A DNA stretch of 64,000 nucleotides from an uncultured Gammaproteobacteria bacterium (GTDB taxonomy: Bacteria; Patescibacteriota; Microgenomatia; Levybacterales; GWA1-39-11): assembly GCA_964394645.1 (NCBI GenBank), contig CAYMYC010000001.1, forward strand, positions 47,241-111,240, read 5' to 3'. Position 1 is the first letter of the stretch, and the number at the start of each line of letters is the position of its first letter. This document shows, one piece after another, positions 44,190 to 53,066 of the stretch. The notes beneath the pieces are model-generated. The model had not been told where the DNA came from. It worked only from the letters and a program-made list of their open reading frames with translations, and ran no database searches. Made by a program: the position numbers and the translations under genes.

Positions 44190-45671
44190 ATGGATACAAA
44201 AAAAATAAACTCAAACAATATTTCCGCTCATTTTCCTCCTGTCGTTTCAGTGTTGGGACATGTTGACCATGGAAAGACCTCACTTTTAGATGCAATAAGA
44301 AAGTCAGATATAGCAACCCGCGAACATGGGGGAATAACTCAACGAATAGGAACCTCTGAAATAGAAATTGACCATGAAGGGAAAAAAAGAGCAATAACCT
44401 TTATTGATACGCCTGGTCATGAAGCATTTTTTACAATGCGCGCCCAAGGTGTAAGTGCTTCTGATATCGCACTTCTTGTGGTGGCAGCGGATGATGGCAT
44501 AAAGCCACAGACTAAAGAGTCAATTGAGAAAATTCTTGAAGCAAAAATCCCATTCATTGTGGTTATTACAAAAATAGATCTTGAAACTGCTCAAATAGAA
44601 AAAGCAAAGCAAATGATATTGGGAGAGGGGATTTTGTTAGAAGGGTTAGGTGGAGAAACCCCCTATATAGGTGTATCCTCAAAAACCGGTGAACATGTAA
44701 AGGATCTTTTAGACCTCATACTTCTCGTGTATGATCTTTCACATACGGAAAAAGATGCTGATGCTCCATTCATGGGGGTTGTTATTGATTCTAAGTTAGA
44801 TAAAAAAAGAGGAGCAGTCTCAACGATAATTGTAAAACAGGGTACGTTGAATTCTTCCTCAAAACTATACGCAAGCGGAAAGGAGTTTGGGAAGGTAAGA
44901 GCATTATTTGCCTCAGATGGAAAGTTGGTAAAAGAAGCATTGCCTGGGCATGGAGTTGAAATATTAGGACTAACAACTGTTATTCAGACAGGCACACTAT
45001 TATTTGACCTGCCACAACAAGAAAAAATAGAAAATATAAATCCTGATTCAAAATCTCAATTTTCATCACAAGACCTGAGAAGCTTCTTTGATGAGCAAGA
45101 CAAAGAGACAATTTCTATTATTTTAAAAGTAGATACAACTGGTGAGATGGATGCTGTAAAAAGTTCTTTACCGAAAGACGTTGCAATATTTGCAGAGGGT
45201 CAAGGAGAGATTACTATTGCAGATATTTTACTTGCTAAAGATTTAAAAGCGATAGTTATAGGATTTAACGTTGGAATTACAAAAGAGGCAAAAAGTCTGG
45301 CCGATTCGGAAGGAGTATTCTATAAGGAATACACAATTATATACAAATTATTAGATGAGCTAGTTGATTTAGCTCATGGGCTAGGACAAGAGGAAGAGGT
45401 TAAGATTAGAGGTAAGGCTGATATACTAGCTTCATTTCCGACACAAGAAGGAAGAATTTTAGGGGTAAAGGTAGTAGAGGGAAGACTTGCCCTGCAGGAT
45501 CCTATTATTATTACCAGAAAAGATATAGAAGTGGGTCGTTCCAAGATTATTCTTCTGAAGCGTGGTAAAGCTGAGGTGAAGGAAGTTGCAAGGGGTCTTG
45601 AGTGTGGTGTAACTATAAGTCCATTTGTTGACTTTGAAGTGGGGGATGTGCTATTATCCCATAGCAAATAA
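44190..45671 (+). CDS. infB: translation initiation factor IF-2 (N-terminally minimal, 493 aa)
   Basis: G domain VVSVLGHVDHGKTSLLDAIRKS...GGITQRIG...DTPGHEAF. Follows nusA as in the canonical operon. Confidence 0.92.
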   Translation: MDTKKINSNNISAHFPPVVSVLGHVDHGKTSLLDAIRKSDIATREHGGITQRIGTSEIEIDHEGKKRAITFIDTPGHEAFFTMRAQGVSASDIALLVVAADDGIKPQTKESIEKILEAKIPFIVVITKIDLETAQIEKAKQMILGEGILLEGLGGETPYIGVSSKTGEHVKDLLDLILLVYDLSHTEKDADAPFMGVVIDSKLDKKRGAVSTIIVKQGTLNSSSKLYASGKEFGKVRALFASDGKLVKEALPGHGVEILGLTTVIQTGTLLFDLPQQEKIENINPDSKSQFSSQDLRSFFDEQDKETISIILKVDTTGEMDAVKSSLPKDVAIFAEGQGEITIADILLAKDLKAIVIGFNVGITKEAKSLADSEGVFYKEYTIIYKLLDELVDLAHGLGQEEEVKIRGKADILASFPTQEGRILGVKVVEGRLALQDPIIITRKDIEVGRSKIILLKRGKAEVKEVARGLECGVTISPFVDFEVGDVLLSHSK

Positions 45672-45713
45672 GAATTCTTCATTACGAGCCTAAATAAGGC
45701 AAAGAAGACAGAT

Positions 45714-46805
45714 ATGGACAATTTTAATAAAATAAAAAGTGAATTAACTCAACTGATTTCAGAGAGCTCTGGCATTGGTATTATCGTATCAAGCAACCAG
45801 ACAGTAGATGTGCTAGCTGCAGCTATCTCATTACACCTTATCCTTCAAGATTCTGGAAAAAATTCTCAAATAGCTTCTCAGAAAAACCCAACAGTTGAAC
45901 ACTCATTTCTAGTCGGAATTGATCAGTTAAAAAATAACTTTTCTGGGTTGACTCGCATGCTTACCGTTTCTTTTCCCTATCATGATGGAGACATAGAAAA
46001 GGTATCATATAATATTGAAGGCGATAGACTTAATGTGAACTTATTTGCAGAGGAGCAAGGCATCGGGTTTACGGAAAAGGACATAAGATACATAAAGCAA
46101 GGGTCTTCCCCTAATTTAATAATTACCGTAGGTATACTTCAGGCATCTGAGATAGAATATTTAGTTGGACAAGGAGCTAAAATTATTAATATTGATAATT
46201 CAGTAAGTAATTTGATGTTTGGACAGGTAAACATAGTTGATGTGTCTTATTCTTCGCTTTCAGAGTTGGTAGCAAAAATTGCAAACGAACTACAATTTGT
46301 CATTGAATTTGATGTTGCCCAAAACCTGCTAGATGGAATTGCAAGTGCAACAAATAATTTTATGTCTCCTAAAACGTCTCCATTAGCGTTTGAAATGGCG
46401 GGATTTTTAATGCAAAAAGGAGCAATTCGGAAAGATACGAAAGAGGTGCAAACACATAAAGACGAATCCCTCGAAATGTTGGGTAAAAAAACAAATAATA
46501 TAGTTAGGCAAATTCCCAGAAGTGAAGAATTTAATAAGTCAATCCGTTCTACACCTCAAGACAGGCAAATTGATGGAATGAAAAACATGGCACAAGAAGA
46601 ATTTGGAAATGAAGAAGTATCAAGTCAAATAAATTCTCCAAAGAGGCAAACCATGCCATCTTCAATTCATCCGAGTGTTCCAAATCCAGAACCGTTTACT
46701 CTAGATGAAAATACGTCTGTATTAGAAAATATACCATCAGAGGATGAAGCACCATCTGATTGGTTTACTCCCAAAGTCTTTAAATCTACGAAAAGCAATA
46801 ACTAA
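45714..46805 (+). CDS. DHH/DHHA1-like protein with degenerate catalytic motifs (NrnA-like pseudo-enzyme, tentative) plus a low-complexity C-terminal extension
   Basis: Occupies the position between infB and rpsO where some lineages encode rbfA and nrnA. GIGIIVSSNQTVDVLAAAISL and LIITVGILQ align with the DHH motifs I and III, but the Asp/His residues are replaced. Confidence 0.4.
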   Translation: MDNFNKIKSELTQLISESSGIGIIVSSNQTVDVLAAAISLHLILQDSGKNSQIASQKNPTVEHSFLVGIDQLKNNFSGLTRMLTVSFPYHDGDIEKVSYNIEGDRLNVNLFAEEQGIGFTEKDIRYIKQGSSPNLIITVGILQASEIEYLVGQGAKIINIDNSVSNLMFGQVNIVDVSYSSLSELVAKIANELQFVIEFDVAQNLLDGIASATNNFMSPKTSPLAFEMAGFLMQKGAIRKDTKEVQTHKDESLEMLGKKTNNIVRQIPRSEEFNKSIRSTPQDRQIDGMKNMAQEEFGNEEVSSQINSPKRQTMPSSIHPSVPNPEPFTLDENTSVLENIPSEDEAPSDWFTPKVFKSTKSNN

Positions 46806-46992
46806 CGTGCTGGCTGTATAATTTTTACAAAAATGCTTTAAGAATATTCTAGAAGCAGAATAAAGGTAAGCAGTAGGTAAAAGATAATTATTGAATTAAC
46901 GTAGATTACCTGGTATAATACATTATATATCAATTTAAAGAAGGAAGATTCTAGGCAATCACTCCTAAATTGGCCTCGAATAATTTAGAACA

Positions 46993-47259
46993 ATGGCATT
47001 ATCAACTGACGAAAAGAAAAAAATTATTGGTGACCACGCAGTGGTTGATGGAGATACTGGAAGTCCTGAGGTTCAGATAGCACTTCTTTCACATAAAATA
47101 GAGAAGCTTGCTGAACATTTAAAAATCCACCAAAAAGATTCTCATAGTAGGCGTGGACTTTTGAATATGCTTTCTAAAAGACGCAGATTGTTTAACTTTT
47201 TGACTAAAATGGACAAAGAGAGATCATCAGGTATTGGTCAAAAATTTGGTCTTTCATAA
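46993..47259 (+). CDS. rpsO: 30S ribosomal protein S15
   Basis: 88 aa. ...GDTGSPEVQIALLSHKIEKLAEHLKIHQKDSHSRRGLLNMLSKRRRLFNFL. Confidence 0.95.
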   Translation: MALSTDEKKKIIGDHAVVDGDTGSPEVQIALLSHKIEKLAEHLKIHQKDSHSRRGLLNMLSKRRRLFNFLTKMDKERSSGIGQKFGLS

Positions 47260-47309
47260 TTACCTCAAGAGAGTAATAATATAAACCACGAATAATTGAC
47301 GATAAAAAA

Positions 47310-49649
47310 ATGAAAAAATTTAAAAAATCTTTTGACATAAACGGTAGAACTATTACTTTAGAAACTGGACTTCTTGCAGAGCAGACGACAGCAGCTGTCT
47401 TAGGGCGCATGGGTGATACTATGGTTTTAACTACTGTTGTAATGGGGGCAAACGATACTACTTTAGACTATTTTCCATTAAGCGTTGAATATGTTGAGAG
47501 ACTTTACGCAGGCGGTCGTATAAAGGGAAGCCGTTGGGTAAAGCGTGAAGGTCGTCCTTCTGATGATGCAATACTTACAGCACGCCTTATTGACCGCTCA
47601 ATTCGTCCTTTGTTTCCTAAAGAATTAAAAAAGGACGTTCAGGTTGTAATAACAGTTTTATCAGTCGATGGTGAACATGATCCAGATGTTCTTTCTGCAA
47701 TTACTACCTCAGCAGCTCTTTCTGTCTCAAAGATTCCGTGGAACGGTCCTATCGGTACATCTCGAGTAGGTCTGATTCGTCAAAATGGAAATGAGGAATT
47801 AGTTATAAATCCACATGTTACAGAATATCCATTTGCGGATATGGATTTGATTGTTTCATCTCTGAATAACCGTTCCATTATGATAGAGGCAGGCGCAAAA
47901 CAGGTTGAGGAGAAATATTTTATTGATGGTATTAAAAAAGCAAAAGAAGCAAATGCGAAAATCATAGATTTTATTAATGAAATGGTTGCAGAGATAGGCG
48001 ATAAGAAAGTAGAACTTTCAAGGGATGAAAAATTGGAAGAAGTGAAGTTGCTTGTTGAAAAATCATACAAAGACAAAATGCACAAGCTTATCGCAGATGG
48101 AGTTACTCGTGAAGTAGGCGGGGAATTAGGAAAAATCGCTGAAGAAATTTATGAAGCTGAAAAAGCTAAGGCTGATAAAGATGGAGAAGCAATGGAGCTT
48201 GATAAGAAAAAGATTGCAACAGGTGTAGATTATGTATTTAAAAAAACAGTTCGGGAAATGATCGTACGTGAAGGAAAACGTCCGGATGGACGTGGGCTTA
48301 AAGAGATTAGAAAAATTTCAGCAGAGGTTGGCATTTTGCCAAGAACACATGGTTCAGCAGTCTTTACGAGAGGAGAAACTCAAGTTTTGTCGGTTGCAAC
48401 ATTAGGGTCATCGTCTATGGAGCAATTGCTTGAAGGACCTGAAGGTGAAGAAAAAAAGCGTTACATGCATCATTACTCTTTTCCGCCATACTCAGTAGGT
48501 GAGACAGGACGTATGGGGAGTCCCAATAGACGAGAAATAGGACATGGAGCTCTTGCGGAACGCGCCTTAGAAGCGGTTCTCCCTGAATCAACAGTATTTC
48601 CTTATGCAGTCCGTGTTGTGTCAGAAGTTATGAGCTCAAACGGCTCTACTTCTCAAGCTTCAGTATGTGGTTCCACATTAGCGCTTATGGATGCAGGAGT
48701 GCCTTTGCTGGCGCCAGTTGGAGGGATTGCAATTGGGTTGATGACTTTGGATGATAAGTCTATAGTTCTTACAGACATTATTGGTCTTGAGGATTTTGCA
48801 GGAGACATGGATTTTAAAGTTGCTGGAACTGCAAAAGGAATTACTGCAATCCAAATGGATACAAAAATTGCTGGTCTTACAGATGAAGTGGTTGAGGAGA
48901 CGTTGGAAGACGCGAAAAACGCAAGAACTTCTGTGCTTGAATCAATGATGAGCGTAATGCCTGAAGCAAGAAAAGATGTTTCTAAGTATGCACCAAAAAT
49001 TAAAACTATTAAAATTAATCCAGAAAAGATCGGAGAAGTTATTGGTTCAGGAGGGAAAACTATACGAAATATTTCAGCATCAACAGGCGCTACTGTAGAT
49101 GTTGAAGAGGATGGAACAGTATCAGTTGCTGCAGTAGACGAAGAGGCAGTTGAGAAAGCGGCGCATTGGATTGATCTTATAACTAGAGAGCTTACCCCTG
49201 GAGAAGTTTTTGACGGAACGGTAAAGAGAGTGGTTGGATTTGGTGCTTTTGTAGAAATTGTTCCAGGTAAAGAAGGTCTTGTGCATGTCTCTGAAATGTC
49301 TCCAGAATATGTAGCGGATCCAAATGATGTAGTAAAGCTTGGTCAGGCAGTGAAAGTTAGAGTGAAGGAAGTTGATGAGCATGGAAGGATTAATCTTTCA
49401 ATGCTTTTTGGAGAAGATGCTGAAAAAGCTAAGGAAGCGGGAAAGAAAGAAGATGGACGAAGCGGAGATAGAGGTCCACGAGATGACAAGCCTAGATTTG
49501 AGAGTCGTGAAAGGCGTAGTTTTGGACACGGTGGGGCGGGAAGACGCCCAAGTAGTAGAGGTCCACGCTCTGATGCGGGCTCACAAGGTGGAGGAATTAG
49601 AAATGAATTTGGAAGTACATATTCCGGCACGCGTCGCCCACGAAGATAA
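47310..49649 (+). CDS. pnp: polynucleotide phosphorylase (PNPase) with an RG-rich C-terminal tail
   Basis: Two RNase PH domains, KH and S1 domains. The C-terminal ~80 aa read GRSGDRGPRDDKPRFESRERRSFGHGGAGRRPSSRGPRSDAGSQGGGIRNEFG... Confidence 0.95.
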   Translation: MKKFKKSFDINGRTITLETGLLAEQTTAAVLGRMGDTMVLTTVVMGANDTTLDYFPLSVEYVERLYAGGRIKGSRWVKREGRPSDDAILTARLIDRSIRPLFPKELKKDVQVVITVLSVDGEHDPDVLSAITTSAALSVSKIPWNGPIGTSRVGLIRQNGNEELVINPHVTEYPFADMDLIVSSLNNRSIMIEAGAKQVEEKYFIDGIKKAKEANAKIIDFINEMVAEIGDKKVELSRDEKLEEVKLLVEKSYKDKMHKLIADGVTREVGGELGKIAEEIYEAEKAKADKDGEAMELDKKKIATGVDYVFKKTVREMIVREGKRPDGRGLKEIRKISAEVGILPRTHGSAVFTRGETQVLSVATLGSSSMEQLLEGPEGEEKKRYMHHYSFPPYSVGETGRMGSPNRREIGHGALAERALEAVLPESTVFPYAVRVVSEVMSSNGSTSQASVCGSTLALMDAGVPLLAPVGGIAIGLMTLDDKSIVLTDIIGLEDFAGDMDFKVAGTAKGITAIQMDTKIAGLTDEVVEETLEDAKNARTSVLESMMSVMPEARKDVSKYAPKIKTIKINPEKIGEVIGSGGKTIRNISASTGATVDVEEDGTVSVAAVDEEAVEKAAHWIDLITRELTPGEVFDGTVKRVVGFGAFVEIVPGKEGLVHVSEMSPEYVADPNDVVKLGQAVKVRVKEVDEHGRINLSMLFGEDAEKAKEAGKKEDGRSGDRGPRDDKPRFESRERRSFGHGGAGRRPSSRGPRSDAGSQGGGIRNEFGSTYSGTRRPRR

Positions 49650-49799
49650 AGATTAACATCTACTAAGTTATAATCGTTGGATTACTCTGAACAGTTGTCC
49701 CTCAATCTGGCTATGCAAAGGGCAATAAGTATAGTTTAGTTCCAATAAGTCTTTTTCACTTTCCATGACAATATATTCTATTCTTGCTATACTAATTCT

Positions 49800-50969
49800 A
49801 TGACTGATAAAGGATACCCTCTCAATCTCACTGGGTTAAATGCAAACACCTCAAAGATTCCTATTCCAGTAGTACAGGATCCAATTCTAGTACAAAGTAA
49901 CTCTGGCTTATCGGATAGCTTTCCCCAGATAACAAAACTTGAGCAATTGGTGGCAAAAGCAGCTCTTCCCGTGGATCTTCACGAAAAAGCTACAGGAATG
50001 ATTCAACGATTAAAGCTCATTAGGCATGAATCAAGTTTTTTTATGGAGCTTGATCAGATTGGGCGATACATAGAATGGATAACGGCGCTTCCTTGGAATT
50101 CTGAAACAAAGGATATCCTGGACTTAAATCATGCAAGACAGGTTTTGGAAAAGAATCATTATGGCTTGCCGCAAGTGAAAGAACAGATACTTCAATACTT
50201 ATCCGTAATGATTATTAAAGCTTCTCAAGGAAGCTCAAGAGATCATTTTTCAAGAGCCCCAATCATTTCACTTGTGGGGCTTGCAGGAGTAGGAAAAACA
50301 ACTATTGCATACTCTATAGCTGAAGCACTGGGAAGACGCATTGAGCGTATTCCATTTGGAGGTATGGGAGGAGCATCTATTCTAAGAGGTCAGTCTAGGT
50401 CTTCGCCTGATGCTGAACCGGGGGCGGTAGTTAAGGCATTACGTCGTTCGGGGACTAACAACCCTGTTATATTATTGGATGAGATAGATAGAGTATCAGA
50501 GGCAGCAAGGGGAGATGTAATGGGCGTATTGGTCGAATTATTAGATCCGGAGCAAAATAGAGCTTTTACAGATCATTACATAGATTACCCATTCAACTTG
50601 GGAAATGTTTTATTTGTCGCAACGAGCAACAACACAAAAGATATCTCTACTGCGGTACTTGATAGGCTAGAGGTGATTCAAATGCCTTCTTATACTGACG
50701 AAGAAAAAATTACGATTGCAAAAAATTATTTGTTGCCTAAAATTATCGCTGAGTCAGGGTTTATAACAAATTCGGTAATTGTTTCAGACACGGTTTGGGC
50801 AGAAATTGTGCGGCCCCTTGGATACGATCCGGGAATTCGTTCTCTCGCTCGTGCAGTTCAGGATATGGTAAGGAAAGTTGCACTTTTTCAATTAGATGGA
50901 AAGCTGCCTAAAGGACAGCCATTTAACTTAACGGACCAGAATTTGCGTCAATTTATCCCTCAGTGGTAG
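49800..50969 (+). CDS. Lon-like AAA+ ATPase module only (no N-terminal substrate domain, no S16 protease domain)
   Basis: LVGLAGVGKTTIAYSIAEALGRRIERIPFGGMGGASILRGQSRSSPDAEPGAVVKALRRSGTNNPVILLDEIDRV...LDPEQNRAFTDHYIDYPFNLGNVLFVATSNN...LDRLEVIQMPSYTDEEKITIAKNYLLPK. This aligns with the Lon AAA+ core. The ORF stops where the protease domain (PKDGPSAG) would begin. Confidence 0.8.
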   Translation: MTDKGYPLNLTGLNANTSKIPIPVVQDPILVQSNSGLSDSFPQITKLEQLVAKAALPVDLHEKATGMIQRLKLIRHESSFFMELDQIGRYIEWITALPWNSETKDILDLNHARQVLEKNHYGLPQVKEQILQYLSVMIIKASQGSSRDHFSRAPIISLVGLAGVGKTTIAYSIAEALGRRIERIPFGGMGGASILRGQSRSSPDAEPGAVVKALRRSGTNNPVILLDEIDRVSEAARGDVMGVLVELLDPEQNRAFTDHYIDYPFNLGNVLFVATSNNTKDISTAVLDRLEVIQMPSYTDEEKITIAKNYLLPKIIAESGFITNSVIVSDTVWAEIVRPLGYDPGIRSLARAVQDMVRKVALFQLDGKLPKGQPFNLTDQNLRQFIPQW

Positions 50970-50977
50970 ATGGGTAT

Positions 50978-51288
50978 ATGAAAAATCTTTATTTTAATAG
51001 CTTTGACGGTACTAAGATTTGCTATCAATATACTCATGTGTGAAAAACTAACAGGATATGATGGTAAAAAATTACTATCAAAAATTACTATCCCAACATT
51101 TATTATGGAAGGAGAGAAAATACTATATTTCCTCCTGATATTGCAATATATTGGCAGATCGAATTAAAAGATCAGATCTTGAGTTTGTTCCTGATGCAAA
51201 CCACATACTCGTGATTAATAATGTTTTAGAAGTCAACGTGAGTATTGAACGATTTCTTGGTAGAATAGACTATTACAAAGAAAAATGA
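50978..51288 (+). pseudogene. decayed alpha/beta-hydrolase gene relic (N-terminal and C-terminal fragments, frameshifted, core deleted)
   Basis: MKNLYFNSFDGTKICYQYTHV followed by a stop (50978-51043). Then, across three reading frames, LTGYDGKKLLSKITIPTFIMEGEK / IFPPDIAIYWQIELKDQ / DLEFVPDANHILVINNVLEVNVSIERFLGRIDYYKEK followed by a stop. These match the hallmark termini of alpha/beta hydrolases. Confidence 0.55.
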
Positions 51289-52943
51289 ATGAAGTAACAT
51301 TTATCTCAATCGGCGGAATTGGTGATGTCACAAAAAATATGTATGCATATATATATGGTGACGAAATTTTATTGGTGGATTGTGGAATTGGATTTGCGGA
51401 CAGTAGTCTTCCTGGGGTTGATCTTTTAATTCCTGATATTTCTTATCTTAAGGATGCCCTAAAAAATGGGAAAAAAATTGTCGGACTTCTCCTTTCTCAT
51501 GGACACGAAGATCATATTGGAGCTCTTCCCTTCATCTTGCCCCAACTTCCACAGTTCCCCATATATGGGTCAACTCTAACTGCAGCGCTCGCAAACGATA
51601 AGCTATCAGAATTCGGGGTTGATAGAAGGGTTACAGAGATACAGTTTTCTGATCCGGCTCTGAAGCTTGGTGTTTTTTCAGCATCGTTTATACGGATGAC
51701 ACATTCAATAATTGACGCATCTAATATTTTAATTGGCACACCTATTGGTAATTTTTATCATGGTTCGGATTTTAAATTTGATTTTACCCCTGTTGATGGA
51801 AATTTATCAGAAGTAAACAAGATAGCGGCAGCTGGAGATTCAGGCATCCTGTGTCTTATGTCAGATTGTTTAGGGGCAGAAAAGCATGGACATTCTCGAT
51901 CTGAACAAAAAATAAAAGATTCATTTGAGCTAGCATTTAGAGAAACTAAAGGGAAAGTTTTCGTGACCACATACTCTTCCAATATTTCTCGTCTCAACCA
52001 GGCCATAGAAGTAGCCATTTCTCAAGGGAGAAAAGTTTGTTTCATGGGAAGATCACTTCTTAAGACGCGCGATGTCGGAAGAACCCTCAATTATATGAAG
52101 TTTCCAAAAAAATTTGAAATACGTCCCCATGAAGTTGCAAAATATAAGCCTTCAGAAGTTATGATACTTGTAGCAGGATCTCAGGCTCAGGAGAGTTCTG
52201 CATTATCAAGAATTACAAATAATGATGATAGAGATTTGCATATAGAAAAAGGAGATACCGTTATATTCTCAGCAGATCCAATCCCTGGTAATGAAGAAAA
52301 CATTTATGCCCTAGTAGATAACCTTTCACGACGCGGAGCGCGTGTAATTTATTCTGAAATAACGGATGAGTTTCATGTATCTGGGCATGGTTCTGAAAAC
52401 GACTTAAAACTTTTAATTTCTCTTACGCATCCGAAATATTTTGTTCCCATTGGTGGTACATTCCGACAAATGGCAGCCTACAGAGAGATCGTAAAGGCGA
52501 TGGGATATAAAGATAATAGTGCTTTTTTGGTTGATGCAGGACAGGAATTACATTTTTCAAAAGATGGAGTACGATTAGGACGAAAAGTATCAAACGCAAC
52601 GATTTTCGTGGATCAAATGACCGGAGAGGAAGTAGAAAATTATATAGTAATAGATAGGGTAAGAATTGCTAAAGAGGGAATAATTATTGTTATGGTTGAA
52701 TTGGAAGGTTCAACGGGGCAAATCACATCAGATCCGGAAATATTAACGAAGGGTTTTGTTTATGAAAAGAAAGAGGAATTTGCTAAGGTATTAGGTGATA
52801 ATCTAAATCGTAGATTCGCAAATAAGAAAGATCCTGTCTCCTCCGTTGGATATTATAAAAAAGTAATAGAAAAAGCTGCAGAAGAAATACTCTATAGAGA
52901 AGGGCGCTCACCCTTGGTTGTCCCCGTGATTATAGAGGTGTAA
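51285..52943 (+). CDS. rnj: ribonuclease J (metallo-beta-lactamase/beta-CASP)
   Basis: LLSHGHEDHIGALPF (HxHxDH), beta-CASP motifs, and a C-terminal domain. Confidence 0.9.
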   Translation: MNEVTFISIGGIGDVTKNMYAYIYGDEILLVDCGIGFADSSLPGVDLLIPDISYLKDALKNGKKIVGLLLSHGHEDHIGALPFILPQLPQFPIYGSTLTAALANDKLSEFGVDRRVTEIQFSDPALKLGVFSASFIRMTHSIIDASNILIGTPIGNFYHGSDFKFDFTPVDGNLSEVNKIAAAGDSGILCLMSDCLGAEKHGHSRSEQKIKDSFELAFRETKGKVFVTTYSSNISRLNQAIEVAISQGRKVCFMGRSLLKTRDVGRTLNYMKFPKKFEIRPHEVAKYKPSEVMILVAGSQAQESSALSRITNNDDRDLHIEKGDTVIFSADPIPGNEENIYALVDNLSRRGARVIYSEITDEFHVSGHGSENDLKLLISLTHPKYFVPIGGTFRQMAAYREIVKAMGYKDNSAFLVDAGQELHFSKDGVRLGRKVSNATIFVDQMTGEEVENYIVIDRVRIAKEGIIIVMVELEGSTGQITSDPEILTKGFVYEKKEEFAKVLGDNLNRRFANKKDPVSSVGYYKKVIEKAAEEILYREGRSPLVVPVIIEV

Positions 52944-53066
52944 CGAAATATTCTCAGGTTGTTTGCCTAGTATTTGAATAAAATAATAAATAGGCTTATA
53001 GTATTGACAATGATATATATTTTGTGTTACATTGAATATGTCACATAAGAAGGGGTATACTGATTA

